A stretch of 63,976 nt of DNA, from contig NC_057718.1 in assembly GCF_004010195.1 (NCBI RefSeq), positions 68,372,425-68,436,400 of the forward strand. Direction: 5' to 3'. The notes below the pieces were generated by a model. The model was given only the letters and a program-made list of their open reading frames with translations. It searched no databases and was not told the origin of the DNA. This stretch comes from Chiloscyllium plagiosum (lineage: Eukaryota). Below are positions 25,328 to 38,249 of the stretch, piece by piece; the stretch's first letter is position 1; the number at the start of each line of letters is the position of its first letter. Made by a program: the position numbers and the translations under genes.

Positions 25328-26800
25328 GTCATAGAGATGTACATCACGGAAACTGATCCTTCGGTCCAACTTGACCATGCAGACCAGATATCCCAACCCA
25401 TCTAGTCCTACCTGCCAGCAGTCAGTCCATATCCCTCCATACCCTTCCTATTCATATCCCTATCCAGATGCCTTTTCAATGTTGCAATTGTACTAGCCTC
25501 CACCACGTCCTCTGGCAACTCATTCCCTTTGTGTGAAAAGGTTGCCCCTTAAGTTTCTTTTATATCTTTCCCCACTCACCCTAAACCTATGCCTTCTAGT
25601 TTTGGACTCCCCCACCCGAAGGAAAAGACCTTTTCTATTTGTCCCATCCATGCCCCTCATAATTTAATAAACCTCTATAAGGTCTCCCCTCAGCCCTTGC
25701 TTCAAGGAAAATAGCCCCAGCCTATTCAACCTCCTTCCTATAGCTCAAATCCTCCAACCCTGGCAACATCCTTGTAAATCTTTTCTGAACCCTTTCAGGT
25801 TTCACACTATCTTTCCGATAGGAAGGAGACCAGAATTGCATGCAATATTGCAACAGTGACCTAACCAACATCCTGTACAGCTGCAACATACTCTCCCAAC
25901 TCCTGTACTCAATACTATGCCTAATAAAGGAAAGCATACCAAATGCCACCTTCACTATCCTATCTATGTGCGACTCCACTTTCAAGGAGCTATGAACCTG
26001 CACTCCAAGGTCTCTTTGTTCAGCAACACTCCCTAGGACCTCACCAATAAATGTATCAGTTCTGCTAAGATTTGTTTTCCCAAAATGCAGCACCTTGCAT
26101 TTATCTGAATTAAACTCCATCTGTCAGTTCTCAATACATTGGTTCATCTGATCAAGATCCTGTTGTAATGTAATGTAACCTTCTTCACTGTCCATTACAC
26201 CTTCAATTTTGGTGTCATCTGCAAACTTACTATATCTGTTATGCTCACATCGAAATCATTTATATAAATGACAAAAAGTAGTGGACCCAGCACTGATCCT
26301 AGTAGCACTCCTCTGGTCACAGGCCTCCAGTCTGAAAAACAACCCTCCACCACCACCACCCTCTGTCTTCTACCTTTTGAGCCAGTTCTGTATCCAAATG
26401 GCTAGTTCCAACCTTGCTCCCCATCTCCCATGGGGAAACCTTGTTTGAACACCTTACTGAAGTCCACATAGATCACATCTACCACTCTGCCCTCATCAAT
26501 CCTCTTTGTTACTTCAAAAAACTCAATCAAGTTTGTGAGACATGATTTCCCACACACAAAGCAATGTTGACTATCCCTAATCAGACCTTGCCTTTCCAAA
26601 TACATGTACATCCTGTCCCTCAGGATTCCCTCCAACAACTTGCCCACCACCAACGTCCAGCTCACTGATCTGTAGTTCCCTGGCTTGTCCCTACCACCTT
26701 TCTTAAATAGTGGCACTACTTTGGCTAACCTCCAGTCTTCTGGCACCTCACCTGTGACCATCAATGATACAAATATCTCAGCAAGAGGCCCAGCAATCAC
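25328..26800 (-). mobile_element. CR1 LINE, 5'-truncated, about 1.47 kb
   Basis: Minus ORFs GEVPEDWRLAKVVPLFKKGGRDKPGNYR and MEFNSDKCKVLHFG..YCMQFWSP, with an intact 3' tail. Confidence 0.95.
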
Positions 26801-28162
26801 TTGTGTGCATGCAGGATATTTGGAAACTGCTTTATGTGTATTCAGAGTCTTCGGAGGCAGTTTTATGTGAAAACAAAGGCCAGTACTTTAGTTTTGAGAT
26901 CTCAATCCCAATGACATGCCTAATTCTAGAGTGGGCACTCATAAGTGGCTGTGATGGGACCCTGGAAGGGATGTATTAACAGACCATCTGTGCAGTTTGG
27001 ATGGCCAAAGGGCACATCTAAAGCTCAGAGTGGTCAGCAATGCTGCCTATGGAAATCAGAGTGCTCTGAAGATATGTACATTTTTCAAAATATACTGTAG
27101 CTACTGTAGTCAGTGTGTCATTGCAGAAAGCTTCCTATCCATAGAAAATGTCTGTGGTGCTTTCAACCAGTTGAGCCGTACTGGGCTGCTTTGAGGGATG
27201 TGCTTCTGTCAGATGAACTCCACTGAATCTGTCGACTTCAGCCACGTGGGTCAGTCCATCACCGGCCTGTTAAGTGGCCTCAATTGACGCTTGAATGGGC
27301 TATGAGCCGTTGGTGGGTGGCAAATTTCTGCCAACCAGAAGAAGCCTCCCTGAAAATGGGTCAGAGCACCTTGACATACTGATATATTGGCCAGTTGAGT
27401 GAAAACCTGCTTCTACCTTGCTTTGAAGATGTGGCAAATGAGAATAGAAATATTCAAGAAGTCGGTGCATTATTATACTTGTGGTAGTCTTCTGCTACAT
27501 TTCAGCTGGGCTTATCTTAAATCACAAACTATACAGTAATATATTATTTTGTTCTGTTAGTGAAATGTAAATTGATTATTTTTTGAAAAGAAAATTCTTC
27601 CTTCCGAAGGTCTCTTCAGAGACCAGAATAAATATTTGGCCGAGAATTATATTGCAAAAGTACAAGGTAAACGTTAACACCTTGTTTCTTGTGCATTATT
27701 TTTGAGGTTTTTAGTTTATTATGTACATCACAACACTGGCATTATACTTATGCATAAAGTTTTTAAGTTAATTATTTGAATTGAGAATTTCTTATTCCTG
27801 ATCCAATCATCAAATCTATACTTCTAAATACATAGGTTGAGTAACGAATGAACTTGCATAGAACACTGATCTTTTACTGCTGGGATGTGGCCTTTAATCC
27901 AGCAAAGACAATCTCTCAGATTCTACGGATCCTATATGAAATAATTTGTCAGTTTTAACTCTGTTCACAGGTAGCATGAGTTGATAAACAATTTTCATAA
28001 TTTGCCACTGTCAGACTACTAAAAATCTTATATTGCTAACTGCTTTAGTAAGTGGAGAAGTTGACACTGGTGCACTGGAAGAGTGTGGGCCTTTTAAAAG
28101 TTAAATTTAAGGGTTATTGTGAACACTGGAAAGCCGCCATTAATTTTTGTGATTATCTACCG

Positions 28163-28204
28163 TGTGTGTGTGCGCGCATGTGAGAGAGACAGACAGACAG
28201 ACAG
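28163..28204. repeat. Compound microsatellite (GT)n(GA)n(GACA)n
   Basis: Directly visible. Confidence 0.85.
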
Positions 28205-28319
28205 GTGGCAAAAATATGAGAAAAATATTGTGCTCAAATAGTTGATGAACATAAACCACAACTATCATAAAATCTTAAAGCTGAGAACCTTATGGGATAG
28301 CACTTTCCTTTGTGCTAAT

Positions 28320-29725
28320 GTTCAGCTAAAATCCCTCCACAAGCTGAAGTCCCTACCTGCTTTAAGAAGACCATCATCCTGGTACCAAAGAAAGCACATG
28401 ATATGTGTCTTAATGACTACTGCTGATGGCTCTGACCTCCATAATCATGAAGTGCTTCAAAAGGCTGTTCATGCCTCACATCAACCCGAGCCTTCCAACC
28501 TACCTTGATCCCTAGCAAGTTGCCTACTGGTGTAACAGGTCCACAGCAGATGCCACTTCCCTAGCCCTGTGCTTATCCCTGGAACATCTGGACAACAAGG
28601 ACAAACAAACTCCTCCTCATCGACTACAGCTCTGCTGTCAACACCACAATCCCTTCCAGACTGATCTGAAAGCTCCAAGACGTGGGTTGGGATATCTGGT
28701 CTGCATGGTCAAGTTGGACCGAAGGATCAGTTTCCGTGATCTATAAGCTCTGCCCTCTGCAACTGGAAACTCAGTTTCCAGGCCCTTAGGCCGCAATCAG
28801 TGAAGATAGATGACTGCACCTCCTCCACTATAACCCTCAACACTGGAGCCTCTCCAAGATTGCATTCTCATCCCTCTACTGTACATATACGACTGTGTAG
28901 TCAAATTCTGAATGAATGCCATCTACAAGTTTGCTGACAACACCACATGATAGGACGGATTTCAAATAACGATTAGTTAGAATACAGAAAGGAAATAGAG
29001 GGCTTTGGTGTTGTTATGCAGTGGTAACAACCATGCTCTCTGTCAGCAAAACAAAAAAACTAATCATTGACTTGAGAAAGAAAGCAGAGTGAGGTTTGAG
29101 AGCATCAAGTTCCTAGGAATACAATAACCGACAATCTATACTGGACTTCCCATGTAGAAGTGACAGTTAAGAAGGCATAATGATGCCTCTTTTTCCTCAG
29201 GTGACTTCGGAAATTCTGCATGTCCCCTCACCAACCTTTACAGATATACGATAGAAAGTATACTGTCTGGGTGCATAAGAACCTGGTACAGCAGGACCAT
29301 AAGAAACTACAGAAGATTGTGAGCACAGCCCTTCCATCCATGGACTCCATTTCCAGTTCTTGTTGGCGTGGAAAGGCTGTCAACATTATCAAAGACCCCT
29401 ACCACCCTCGTAATGCTCTCTTACACCCACTTCCGTCAGGCAGAAAATACAGAAGCTTGAACACGTGCACCAACAGGTTCAAGAACTGCTTCCTCCCTGC
29501 CTTACTGGTGAATTGGACTCTTCAACTTCAAATAATATTGACCTTGTTAATGTTGATCTTGTTTTGCGTGCCTCCTGTGCAGTGTAATCTGTATGCCTCC
29601 CTTTGTCTGAGCACTCTATGCTCTGTATGTCCTTGCTTATTGTTATCTGCTTGTACTGCTCACAAACAAAGCTTTTCACTGTACCTAGATACACGTAACC
29701 ACAATAAATCAAATCAAATGTCAAA
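28320..29725 (+). mobile_element. Rex1/Babar-type LINE, 5'-truncated, with a CR1 tail inserted at about 28684-28744
   Basis: ALTSIIMKCF, NRSTADA, LLIDYSSA, YKFADNT and PLPSGRKYRSL motifs, and an (aaatc)n tail. Confidence 0.88.
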
Positions 29726-31537
29726 TGAAGTGGTAATTAAATCCAAAGTGTGACCTGTTGCAAGGTTATCCAGTATTTCTGTTATTTAAACACTTGTTCC
29801 TTCGACCACTAAGCAGTTTTTTTGTTTATATTCACTTTAGTTATTAGACTCCATTCATTATTTACTGTCAATACAAATCCTCTGTTGTGACCTTTGTGAA
29901 AGGAAACAGGATGTCAATTCACAACAACGTCTATTAATGCAGCTGGTTGAGCAAAAGTTTCTTTTCGGTAAAGCAAATACTGCAGGCAACTGTAAGGATC
30001 AGTACATACTATTTTTAGGTATGGGTTATTAATAAGATCTGTGGCTCTCTAAACTGGTGTCTGCAGACCCGTGGGGGTATGAGGAGACTTCTGAGTTCAT
30101 GAAATAATATGAACAGGATCCATGGCTGAGATAGCTTTGGTTGGGCTGTCGGCAATTATTTTGATTTTATTTGTCCACTTGAGCAGCACAGCTGAGAGCT
30201 CATGCACTGAAAACTTAGTGCACTCACACAGTGAGACACTGGTAAATGAGTGCTATGTGGGCACTGTGGTAAAATCAGTGCAAGAAGCAATTGACGACTG
30301 TGAATTCTGAGAGGAGAAATTAGAGATTCCAGAGACATCAGAATAGATTTGCAGAGCTAGATCTGGGGAGAGATATGAAGGAATGCCACATAAACCTTGT
30401 GTATGTGCCTGGAAAGACCAGCTCAAACTGAGCTTCATTTAATAAACAAGGTAGCTGAATGTACAATTCCAGTTAACACTGGTGTCCCAATGGCAGAAAC
30501 ACTAAGTCAGGGCGCAGTATCCTAGTGCAGACAGATTGATAAACAGATGATGGCATGTTACAGATCATTCAGGGAGCCTAAGTTGTTGTAGCAATGTGCA
30601 ATTTTGCATGTATGTTGTACTCTAAAACTAGAGACCGCTCCAACTTTGTTTGTTACATGGTTGACCAGAAATCTCTCAAGTTTTCTGCCCATCTATGAAC
30701 CTTTGAAAGCAGTATTCCAACTATTCCTTAGTTGTGAATTGGGGTAGTGTGTGGAATCATTGTCGAGTATTGATCCTCTAATCCGATGGCCATTCACATA
30801 CTTTACAACAGGGTTCACACTGAATTGTAGCTAGGATCGGGATCTTTTGCTTCCTTTGTGTTGTAAATAAACTAAAGCGCAGTTGTGGTGCAAGTATCAT
30901 CAGTCTTTCCCATGCTGAAAGCATATGTACTAAACCTTAGATTGGTGCCATATATGGCAGGCATTGATCTGCTACATCTTGGGGCAAGAGCTCTGGCCTG
31001 GCAGAGCAGCCAATTATTTACAGGTTTGAAACCAATGGGAAGCCATTGGCACACCTATATATAGTTGCAACCAAATTATTTTAAAAAGTCATATGTTTGC
31101 AATTGATTTATTTATAAAAATAAAATGCCTTTGTGTGACAGTTTCAGTTTGAACAAATCACATGGGGCACTATTTGACTATTACAGCCTGAAGCTAAACA
31201 CTGTCTTGAGTTTCATAAGCATACATCCCTTCTGTTATACAAAATTCAGAAAACAAAAACAGAACACAGAAGGAGGCCATTCTGTGTTTGTTTTGAAAGA
31301 GCTATCCAATTTTCCTCACACCTCTTTCCTTTTCTAGCCCTAGAATGTGGTTTCTTTAAACATATATATATTTGATTCCCTTTTGAAAGTTACTGTTGAA
31401 TTTGCTTCCTTTACTTTTTCAGATAGTAAATGCCAAATCAAAGAAACTTGCTACGTTTCAAAAGAAAATCTGCTCATCTTCCTGCATTTTTCTTTTAGCA
31501 TCTTAAGTTTTCTGATGACTGACTACTCTTACTGAAG

Positions 31538-31744
31538 AAGTCAAAAATTGTGGTGCTGGAAAAGCAAAGCAGGTCAGTCAGCATTCGAGGAGCAGGAGAA
31601 TCAACATTTTGGGCATAAGCCTTTCATCAGGAATCCCAAAACATTGACGCTCCTACTCCTTGGATGCTGCCTAACATGCTGTGTTTTCCCAGCACCACAT
31701 TTTTCAACTCTGATCTCCAGCATCTGCAGTCCTCACTTTCACCT
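31538..31744. mobile_element. PLE family A fold-back mini-element (older)
   Basis: Inverted arms tgtggtgctggaaaagc.../...cccagcaccaca meeting at the hammerhead, plus the tail tctccagcatctgcagtcctcactttc. Confidence 0.85.
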
Positions 31745-31943
31745 ACCCTGTTAGTGAAACCAATTATCTGGTCGGCATAGATGGGTTGGATCGAAGGGTC
31801 CGTTTCCATGCTGTACTCTACTCAATCCATTAAAACCATGCATGATTTAAATTATTTCTGCCAATTTTCTCTTTTCATAACATAGTTGAGGAGTGTATTT
31901 TGGACCTAGACTACCTTTTCTCCACTGAACAGATCCATTATAT

Positions 31944-32129
31944 CTGCTGGTATTTTACCCAGTACTTCAAATTTGACATATTTCATTTCTTTCTTGCTTT
32001 CTGATGTCCGGGTCTCTGGCACTGTGAGGCAGCAGTGCTAACCACTGTGCCACCGTGCCGCCCACTGCTGGTATTTTACCCAGTACTTCAAATTTGACAT
32101 ATTTCATTTCTTTCTTGCTTTCTGATGTC
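31944..32129. repeat. 65-bp perfect direct repeat flanking a 56-bp HE1 SINE head (-)
   Basis: 31944-32008 is identical to 32065-32129; the insert is 32009-32064. Confidence 0.92.
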
Positions 32130-32389
32130 TTCCTGATTGCTGCTAGTTGTCATTCCTTGATAAAAAAAAAAACTGTCTTCGTTCTTCAACTAAGATTACT
32201 CCATTGATCGTAAAACATAAGAGCAGAAATAGGACATTTAACCCATTGAGTGCACAGTGATATTCAATGGGATCGTGGCTGATCTGATAATCCTCCAAAT
32301 CCAGTTGCCTGCCTTTTTATACTCGACTGTGTGGACATCTCGAGTGATTTGCCAACCTATCTCCACAGCAGCAGATGTATCCCTATAGC

Positions 32390-33775
32390 AGAGAGGTCAG
32401 TCATGATTCACATAAACTCTATTATACCAAATTGCTTTGATCCTTTGCAATTTGCCTATCGGCACAACAGATCCACAGCAGACACCCTCTCCCTTGCCCT
32501 ATACTCATCCTTGAAGCATCTGGATAACAAGGATACCTACTTCAGGTTCCTGCTTATTGACTACAGCTCCATCTTCAACACCATAAGTTCCAAACAAACT
32601 CTCTATACTCCGAGACCTGGCTATCAACTGCAACTGGATCCTCGATTTCATGACCCATAGACTATAATCAATAAGAATCGGTGACAACACCACCATAATT
32701 ATCAACACTGGTGCCCAGCAAAACTGTGTAAGGTCCCTACTATACTCCTTATACATTCACAACTTTTTGGCCAAATTCCACCACAACTCCATTTCCAAGT
32801 TTGCTGCCATCACCACTGTTGGAGGTCAGACCTCAAACAATGACAAGACCGGATACAGGAAAGAAATTAAGTGCCTTAGTGCCATGGTGTAAAGACAACA
32901 TGAGCAAAATGGAAAGAGCTGGTCATTGACTACAGGAAGTAGAGTGGAGGTCACGTCCCTGTCTGCATCAGTGATGGTTAGGTTGTGGTGATTGAGAGTT
33001 TCTGGGAGTGACGATTACCTGTCTTGGTCCACCCACATCACCGCAACAATCTAGAAAGCACAACGACATCTCTACTTCCTCAGGAGGCTAAGGAAATTTG
33101 GCATGGCCACAAGGACTCTTACCAATTTTTATAGATACATCTTAGAAAGCATCCTATCTGGATGCATTACAGCATGGTATGGCAACTGCTCTTCACAAGA
33201 CTGCAAGAAACCATAAAGAGTCATGAACATAGCCCAGTCTATCACACAAACCACAGTTTCATCCATTGACTCCATCTATAGTTTGCATTGCCACATGATA
33301 GCAACCAACATAATCAAAGGTTCTTCCCATCCTGGTTCTACTGTTTGCCACTGGGCAGAAGATATAAATGTTTGAATACATGTATGAATAGATTCAAGAA
33401 AAAGTTCTTCTCCACTGTTATCAAACTTTGGTTTTGAACGGACCTCTTAAATGTTGGTGTTATTCTCTCGCTCTCTGCACCTTCCCTGCAGCTGTGATTC
33501 TGTATTGGCATTCTATTTTGCTGTCCTGATGAAAAGCTCATGCAAAAAACATCGTGTCACCTGCTCCTCAGATGCTGCCTGACATGCTGTGCTTTTCTAG
33601 CACCACACATTTTGACTCTGATCTCCAGCATCTGCAGTCCTCCCTTTTCTCCATTCTGTTCTGCTATCCTGATTGCATTTTGTATGGTATGATCTGCCTG
33701 TATAGCTTGCAAATCAAGACTTTTCACTCTATCTCAGTACATGTGATAAATCAATAAATCAAACTCAAACTCCAA
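32390..33775 (+). mobile_element. Rex1/Babar-type LINE, 5'-truncated
   Basis: [42 protein letters not shown], with an (aaact/c)n tail. Confidence 0.88.
33525..33651 (+). mobile_element. PLE family A terminus nested in the Rex1 3'UTR
   Basis: Begins at cctgatga. Imperfect 22-bp TSD at 33509-33530 / 33652-33673. Confidence 0.8.
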
Positions 33776-34208
33776 CTTAATACTGAGTCAATACTATCCC
33801 TTTTTAGTATTCAAACTTTCACATATTATTTCATGGCCAGGGATCTATATCTAGCAATCGCTTCCTTTGAACTATTGTTACTTTTATCTAAATTGTTTAA
33901 AACATTTCTTTGAGCCCTTTAATACACTTTGTATCTTAATTTGACCACCAAGTTTCTCTTCCAGCCTTTCTCTTGCCAGATGACCTTTGCACACACTCCT
34001 TCACCAATTTTCTTATTTAGGTTTGCCATTAAATGCCATCAGGCTCCCATTGTGTCTGTAATAACTTCTTTTTCTCTTGGCTATTTCCTCAACTGCTGTC
34101 TAAATTCTCCTTTCACTTATGGATTTTTAAGGTTCTACCACTGGATATTCCATTTACCTCTTCCCTGCTGTCGTCTTGCTGCTTTTTTTGCAATCAATTC
34201 TGCCATCA

Positions 34209-34510
34209 AGTGGTTAGCACTGCTGCCTCACAGCGCCAGGGACCCGGGTTCGATTCCCGCCTTGGCCGACTGTGCAACTCCACACAGACATTCTCCCCGT
34301 GTCTGCATGGGTTTTCTCCGGGTGCTCCGTTTTCCTCCCACAGTCCAAAGATGTGCAGGTTAGGTGAATTGGTCATGCTAAATTGCCCATAGAGTTAGGT
34401 GCATTAGTTACGGGGAATGGGTCTAGATGAGTTACTCTTCGGAGGGTCGGTGTGGACCTGTTGGGCCGAAGGGCCTGTTTCCACACTGTAGGGGATGAAA
34501 TGAAATGGAA
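34209..34510 (+). mobile_element. HE1-type SINE
   Basis: gtggttagcactgctgcctcacagcgccagggacccgggttcgattcccg, with 3' gggcctgtttccacactgtaggg. Confidence 0.92.
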
Positions 34511-35885
34511 ATTAAGATTCTTTGGTGGTGTTCAGTGGCCTTGTTTGGAAGACTTCATGTGAGGGAACGAACTGTTCTGTAGTTTTGAGTGTAGTGTGTT
34601 GGTCACATAGCCAACATGCCCTGCTTAATCAACATTGCTTAAACCATCACATATTTCTGTTCAGTCTGTTTGTCACATTAATGTACTATTTTTGAAAAAA
34701 ACCTATACTTTACAGTTGTGTTTGCTTTGCAAATAATTTCTCTTGCTGACAATGCATAGTGTATGATATTGTTTATCTAGTGCTCTTTTTGTGGATTGGG
34801 TAAATGTGATGGCAGTTCAGTGCTGTGAGTGGGACCTCCACAAGGCTGTGGTTTTTTTTGTGTATATTGGGCCATGAAATGATTGTATCACTTTGGCCCC
34901 ACATGCTGGCCCTTTTGAAAGGGAACTTGCCTCCTGGAAATGTTTTACAAAAAATATTTTAAAGGTTGTAGAAGTCGTTAACTTTATTGATGCGAAGTTT
35001 GTTGAACTGGATATGCGGGATGATAGTAGAGACACGTAACTTTCTTTATTTTGGTTCATGGTTGAAAGCAATTGAATCTTACTATATAAAAATCAAAGAA
35101 CTTGAATATTAATAGCAAAACTCTATTTTAAATAGTTGCTACAGAAGGAAATATCTCCTTGATTATCTTGACCAATTATATCCATCGTAGTAGCAGTTTC
35201 TGAGGGAACACTTCGTAGCCGTATTATTGTTCTGATTTTATTACTAATTTCTTTTTCCAATAAAAACTTTTGACGTACTCCAGAAAACTTCTTGCATATT
35301 CCTGCTTTTTCTTTAGGTTCTGACAACTGTTTAATTTGTCTTGGCTTATCGCGGTGAAAACATCTCAACTTAAGCTGCATCTTTTTGTGAAGCCAACCCC
35401 CCCCGCCCCCGGACTAATGGGGCTAACATTTTCCAAGTAAGATTACTGATGCACAGTGACACCTTATCCATTCATCCTGATTTCCAATCCAATGTACTTT
35501 AAGGCCAAAGGAGCCTGGCTTATAATTTTTAGTTCTGCTTTAATCACATCTATAACAATGTTTTCAAATTCACTGCTCTCAGCCATCAACATTTGTCATG
35601 AAGATGCCTGAAAGTTGTCCTGCCAAACCAGTAAAGCATAGCAGGGTCTGCTTTGAACTAAAGACCACCCAATTTTAATAAGGTAGTCCTTACTAAGTCC
35701 TTACTATCAAACTCCAGATATATCCTTTAGACCATGTACTTGTTTATTCAACTTTGAGTGCCCCTAGAGAAATGCAGCTTTACTACCAATTCATCTGCAC
35801 TCTCAAGTGTATTCAAAAAGAATTTTCAAAATTGCTTTTCCTGACATTGGTGACTTGTACGTTGATTTCTTCAAAACATGATGTC

Positions 35886-36255
35886 GTATGGCCATACTGT
35901 TTAGAGCCTTTGTTTAGCTGTGAGCACGATGTTTGTTGGTTCGGGGCCCCTGGGAAGTCGAATCTTGTATAAATATTGTCTTTGTTATGACGTGATATCA
36001 TTTTATTTTGAATCCGTATTTATTTTTTTATCTTGTTGTTAGTAATATACGATACTGTGGTCTTTTTTATATATCGAGTCTTCTTTCTTATATCTTATTT
36101 TGTGTTTTGGTAGTTTGTAGAGTAGATTAATAGTTTTCTTAATTTTATATTGGTGCTGTTATTATACTGTACAGTGGATACACTGTTTAGTAATTTTGAT
36201 TTTAAAAAATTCCAAAATCTTTTTCCTTTCAATAAAAATATTTACAAAAAAAAAT
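35886..36255 (+). mobile_element. Poly(A)-tailed retroposed insert (L1/Tx1-like 3'UTR or retrocopy) inside the copia RT
   Basis: T-rich, ends aataaaaatatttacaaaaaaaaa. It splits the copia KARL..|..FEE motif. A short atgtc duplication is possible. Confidence 0.6.
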
Positions 36256-37103
36256 TATGTCCTAACCTTGCTTTAGCCTAAATCACTATTGGAAGACATT
36301 TTTTCCATGGATAACCTCCCTTACCAAGCACGATAACCCATGTGGTAGGCAGATTTCCCCTATCAGGCACCTCTGAACACACCAAATTCTTTCCAGCTTT
36401 CTAGTTCTTGTTGTTTGACATCTTCTTATTAATTTGTCTTCTAACTTGTTCATGGTTAGTAACTTTTCTGATCAGATGGACTTTTGTTCCTGATGGTATT
36501 CCTGGTTTGTGCTATATTTTTTGTTTTTGTTAAACTGCACTTTCCATCTTGTCTTCTATCCTTTTCTGGACTGCTACTGTTTGACTTCTCCCTTCTAATA
36601 ATAGGGATTCCTTCAGTGGGTCAATATTTCTTTCTCTGGATATGTTTACTTCCAGATCCCTGAGTTTATACTGTCTTTTTCTGCTGCTGTTACTGCTCCG
36701 AATTGTGCGCTTCACTCTCATTTTCCAGTGGCCTTCCCTGCTCTACTAATAAGATTTGCATTTCTGCTTTTAGTAAATATTTGACTGTATTGTTCATAGT
36801 TAGCAATGGTACTTTGTACCTAATTAACTTTAGTTAAGGACAGAACTGTTCTGTCAATCAGAGGGATTGTCAATTGGAGTAGGTTCATCCTCATCATTGG
36901 CAACATTTGGGTATGAGAGGTACCTACATCCTTACTATTTTCTATCGCTCCTTGCAAATTTGTGATCTGTACTTAGTAATCTTGAAGAGCATACCCAAAC
37001 AGACTGATTCCAATGCTGTATAATAATACGTTTTCTATCTTTACCAATAATTTTCACCAAGCGTCTCCATTCTGTAAGCCCTTCTCTCTGCTAAACCATA
37101 TTT

Positions 37104-37400
37104 GTGGGCGGCACGGTGGCACAGTGGTTAGCACTGCTGCCTCACAGCGCCAGAGACCCGGGTTCAATTCCCGTCTCAGGCGACTGTGCAAACTCCATAC
37201 AGTCATTCTCCCCATTGTCTGCATGGGTTTCCTCCGGGTGCTCCGGTTTCCTCCCACAGTCCAAAGATGTGCAGGTCAGGTGAATTGGCCATGCTAAATT
37301 CTCCGTAGTGTTAGGTAAGGGGTATGGGTGGGTTGCGCTTCGGCGGGTCGGTGTGGACTTGTTGGGCCGAAGGGCCTGTTTCCACACTAAGTAATCTAAT
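37104..37400 (+). mobile_element. HE1-type SINE, full length, young
   Basis: A box, B box ggttcaattcc, CpGs retained, atattt on both flanks. Confidence 0.95.
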
Positions 37401-38249
37401 ATTTCACAGACTGAAACTAGTTTCGAATGGCCTTACTTTGTATCTTGAGGCTTGCTGAATTCTTTGAGACTTTAGTGAAAGCCTTTCTGCCTGCAAGCAG
37501 TGAATTCAAATACTCTGAAAAGGTAAAGCTTATTGTAGCCCTTCCCAAGCTGGAAGCTGATTCCTTATTACAGTTAGAACTTTAGGATGCTCACACCAAC
37601 AACTGACGTGGACTATATTCTCCCACCATCTGCGATATATGTTTAGCATGTATAACCTATGCAAGTGCAGATGATCATTTATGGTTTGGCTGATCTATCA
37701 AAATTTTATGAACTACATATATCCTTTCACATATCCCATTTGCTAAAAGGGCTTTCTGCTGCTGTATTCATAACAATTGCATTTGTACTTGTACACATTT
37801 AAGAATTCATTGTTAGCAATCCACTTTTGCGTTACGTTATTCACAATTTTTCTATTAATTTTTACTGTGTATCATTGTTGACTAACATAATCTGGTTGAC
37901 AAATTTACAAAATGTGAAATGAAAAGGATTTTCTTCGTCCCATACCTCCTAAATTCATGGCTATGATCTCATTTAAATCTCTTGCTAAGAGCAGACTTGC
38001 TATAGGCTGTAATGCGGTCCTTTGATATTTCTTACAAATCTCACATCTATCGCTCATCTCTTCTATGAGTTTATTATACTCACCATCCCTTATTCCAGCA
38101 CCATTTTCTAAAAATATTAATCTTTTAAAAGGTGAGGGAACAAAGTACATGTGTCATTTTAGCACAGTTGACTCTTTCAAATTTCTACTCCCCTCATTTG
38201 GGGGCTTTATTGGGGTTCATTTGTTTCTTTAATTTCTTTTCTAGAGAGA

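Noticed and set aside
26850..27420. Relatively GC-rich block, possibly an old non-autonomous DNA element
   Set aside because: No termini, TSD or coding motif could be supported.
30040..30900. Possible hAT-type DNA transposon remnant (start resembles cagtggttctcaaact..ggacccc)
   Set aside because: I could not find a matching right TIR, a TSD or a transposase motif.
37104..37180. tRNA gene (A and B boxes)
   Set aside because: This is the tRNA-derived head of an HE1 SINE. It continues into the SINE body and CR1-like tail and occurs in many copies.
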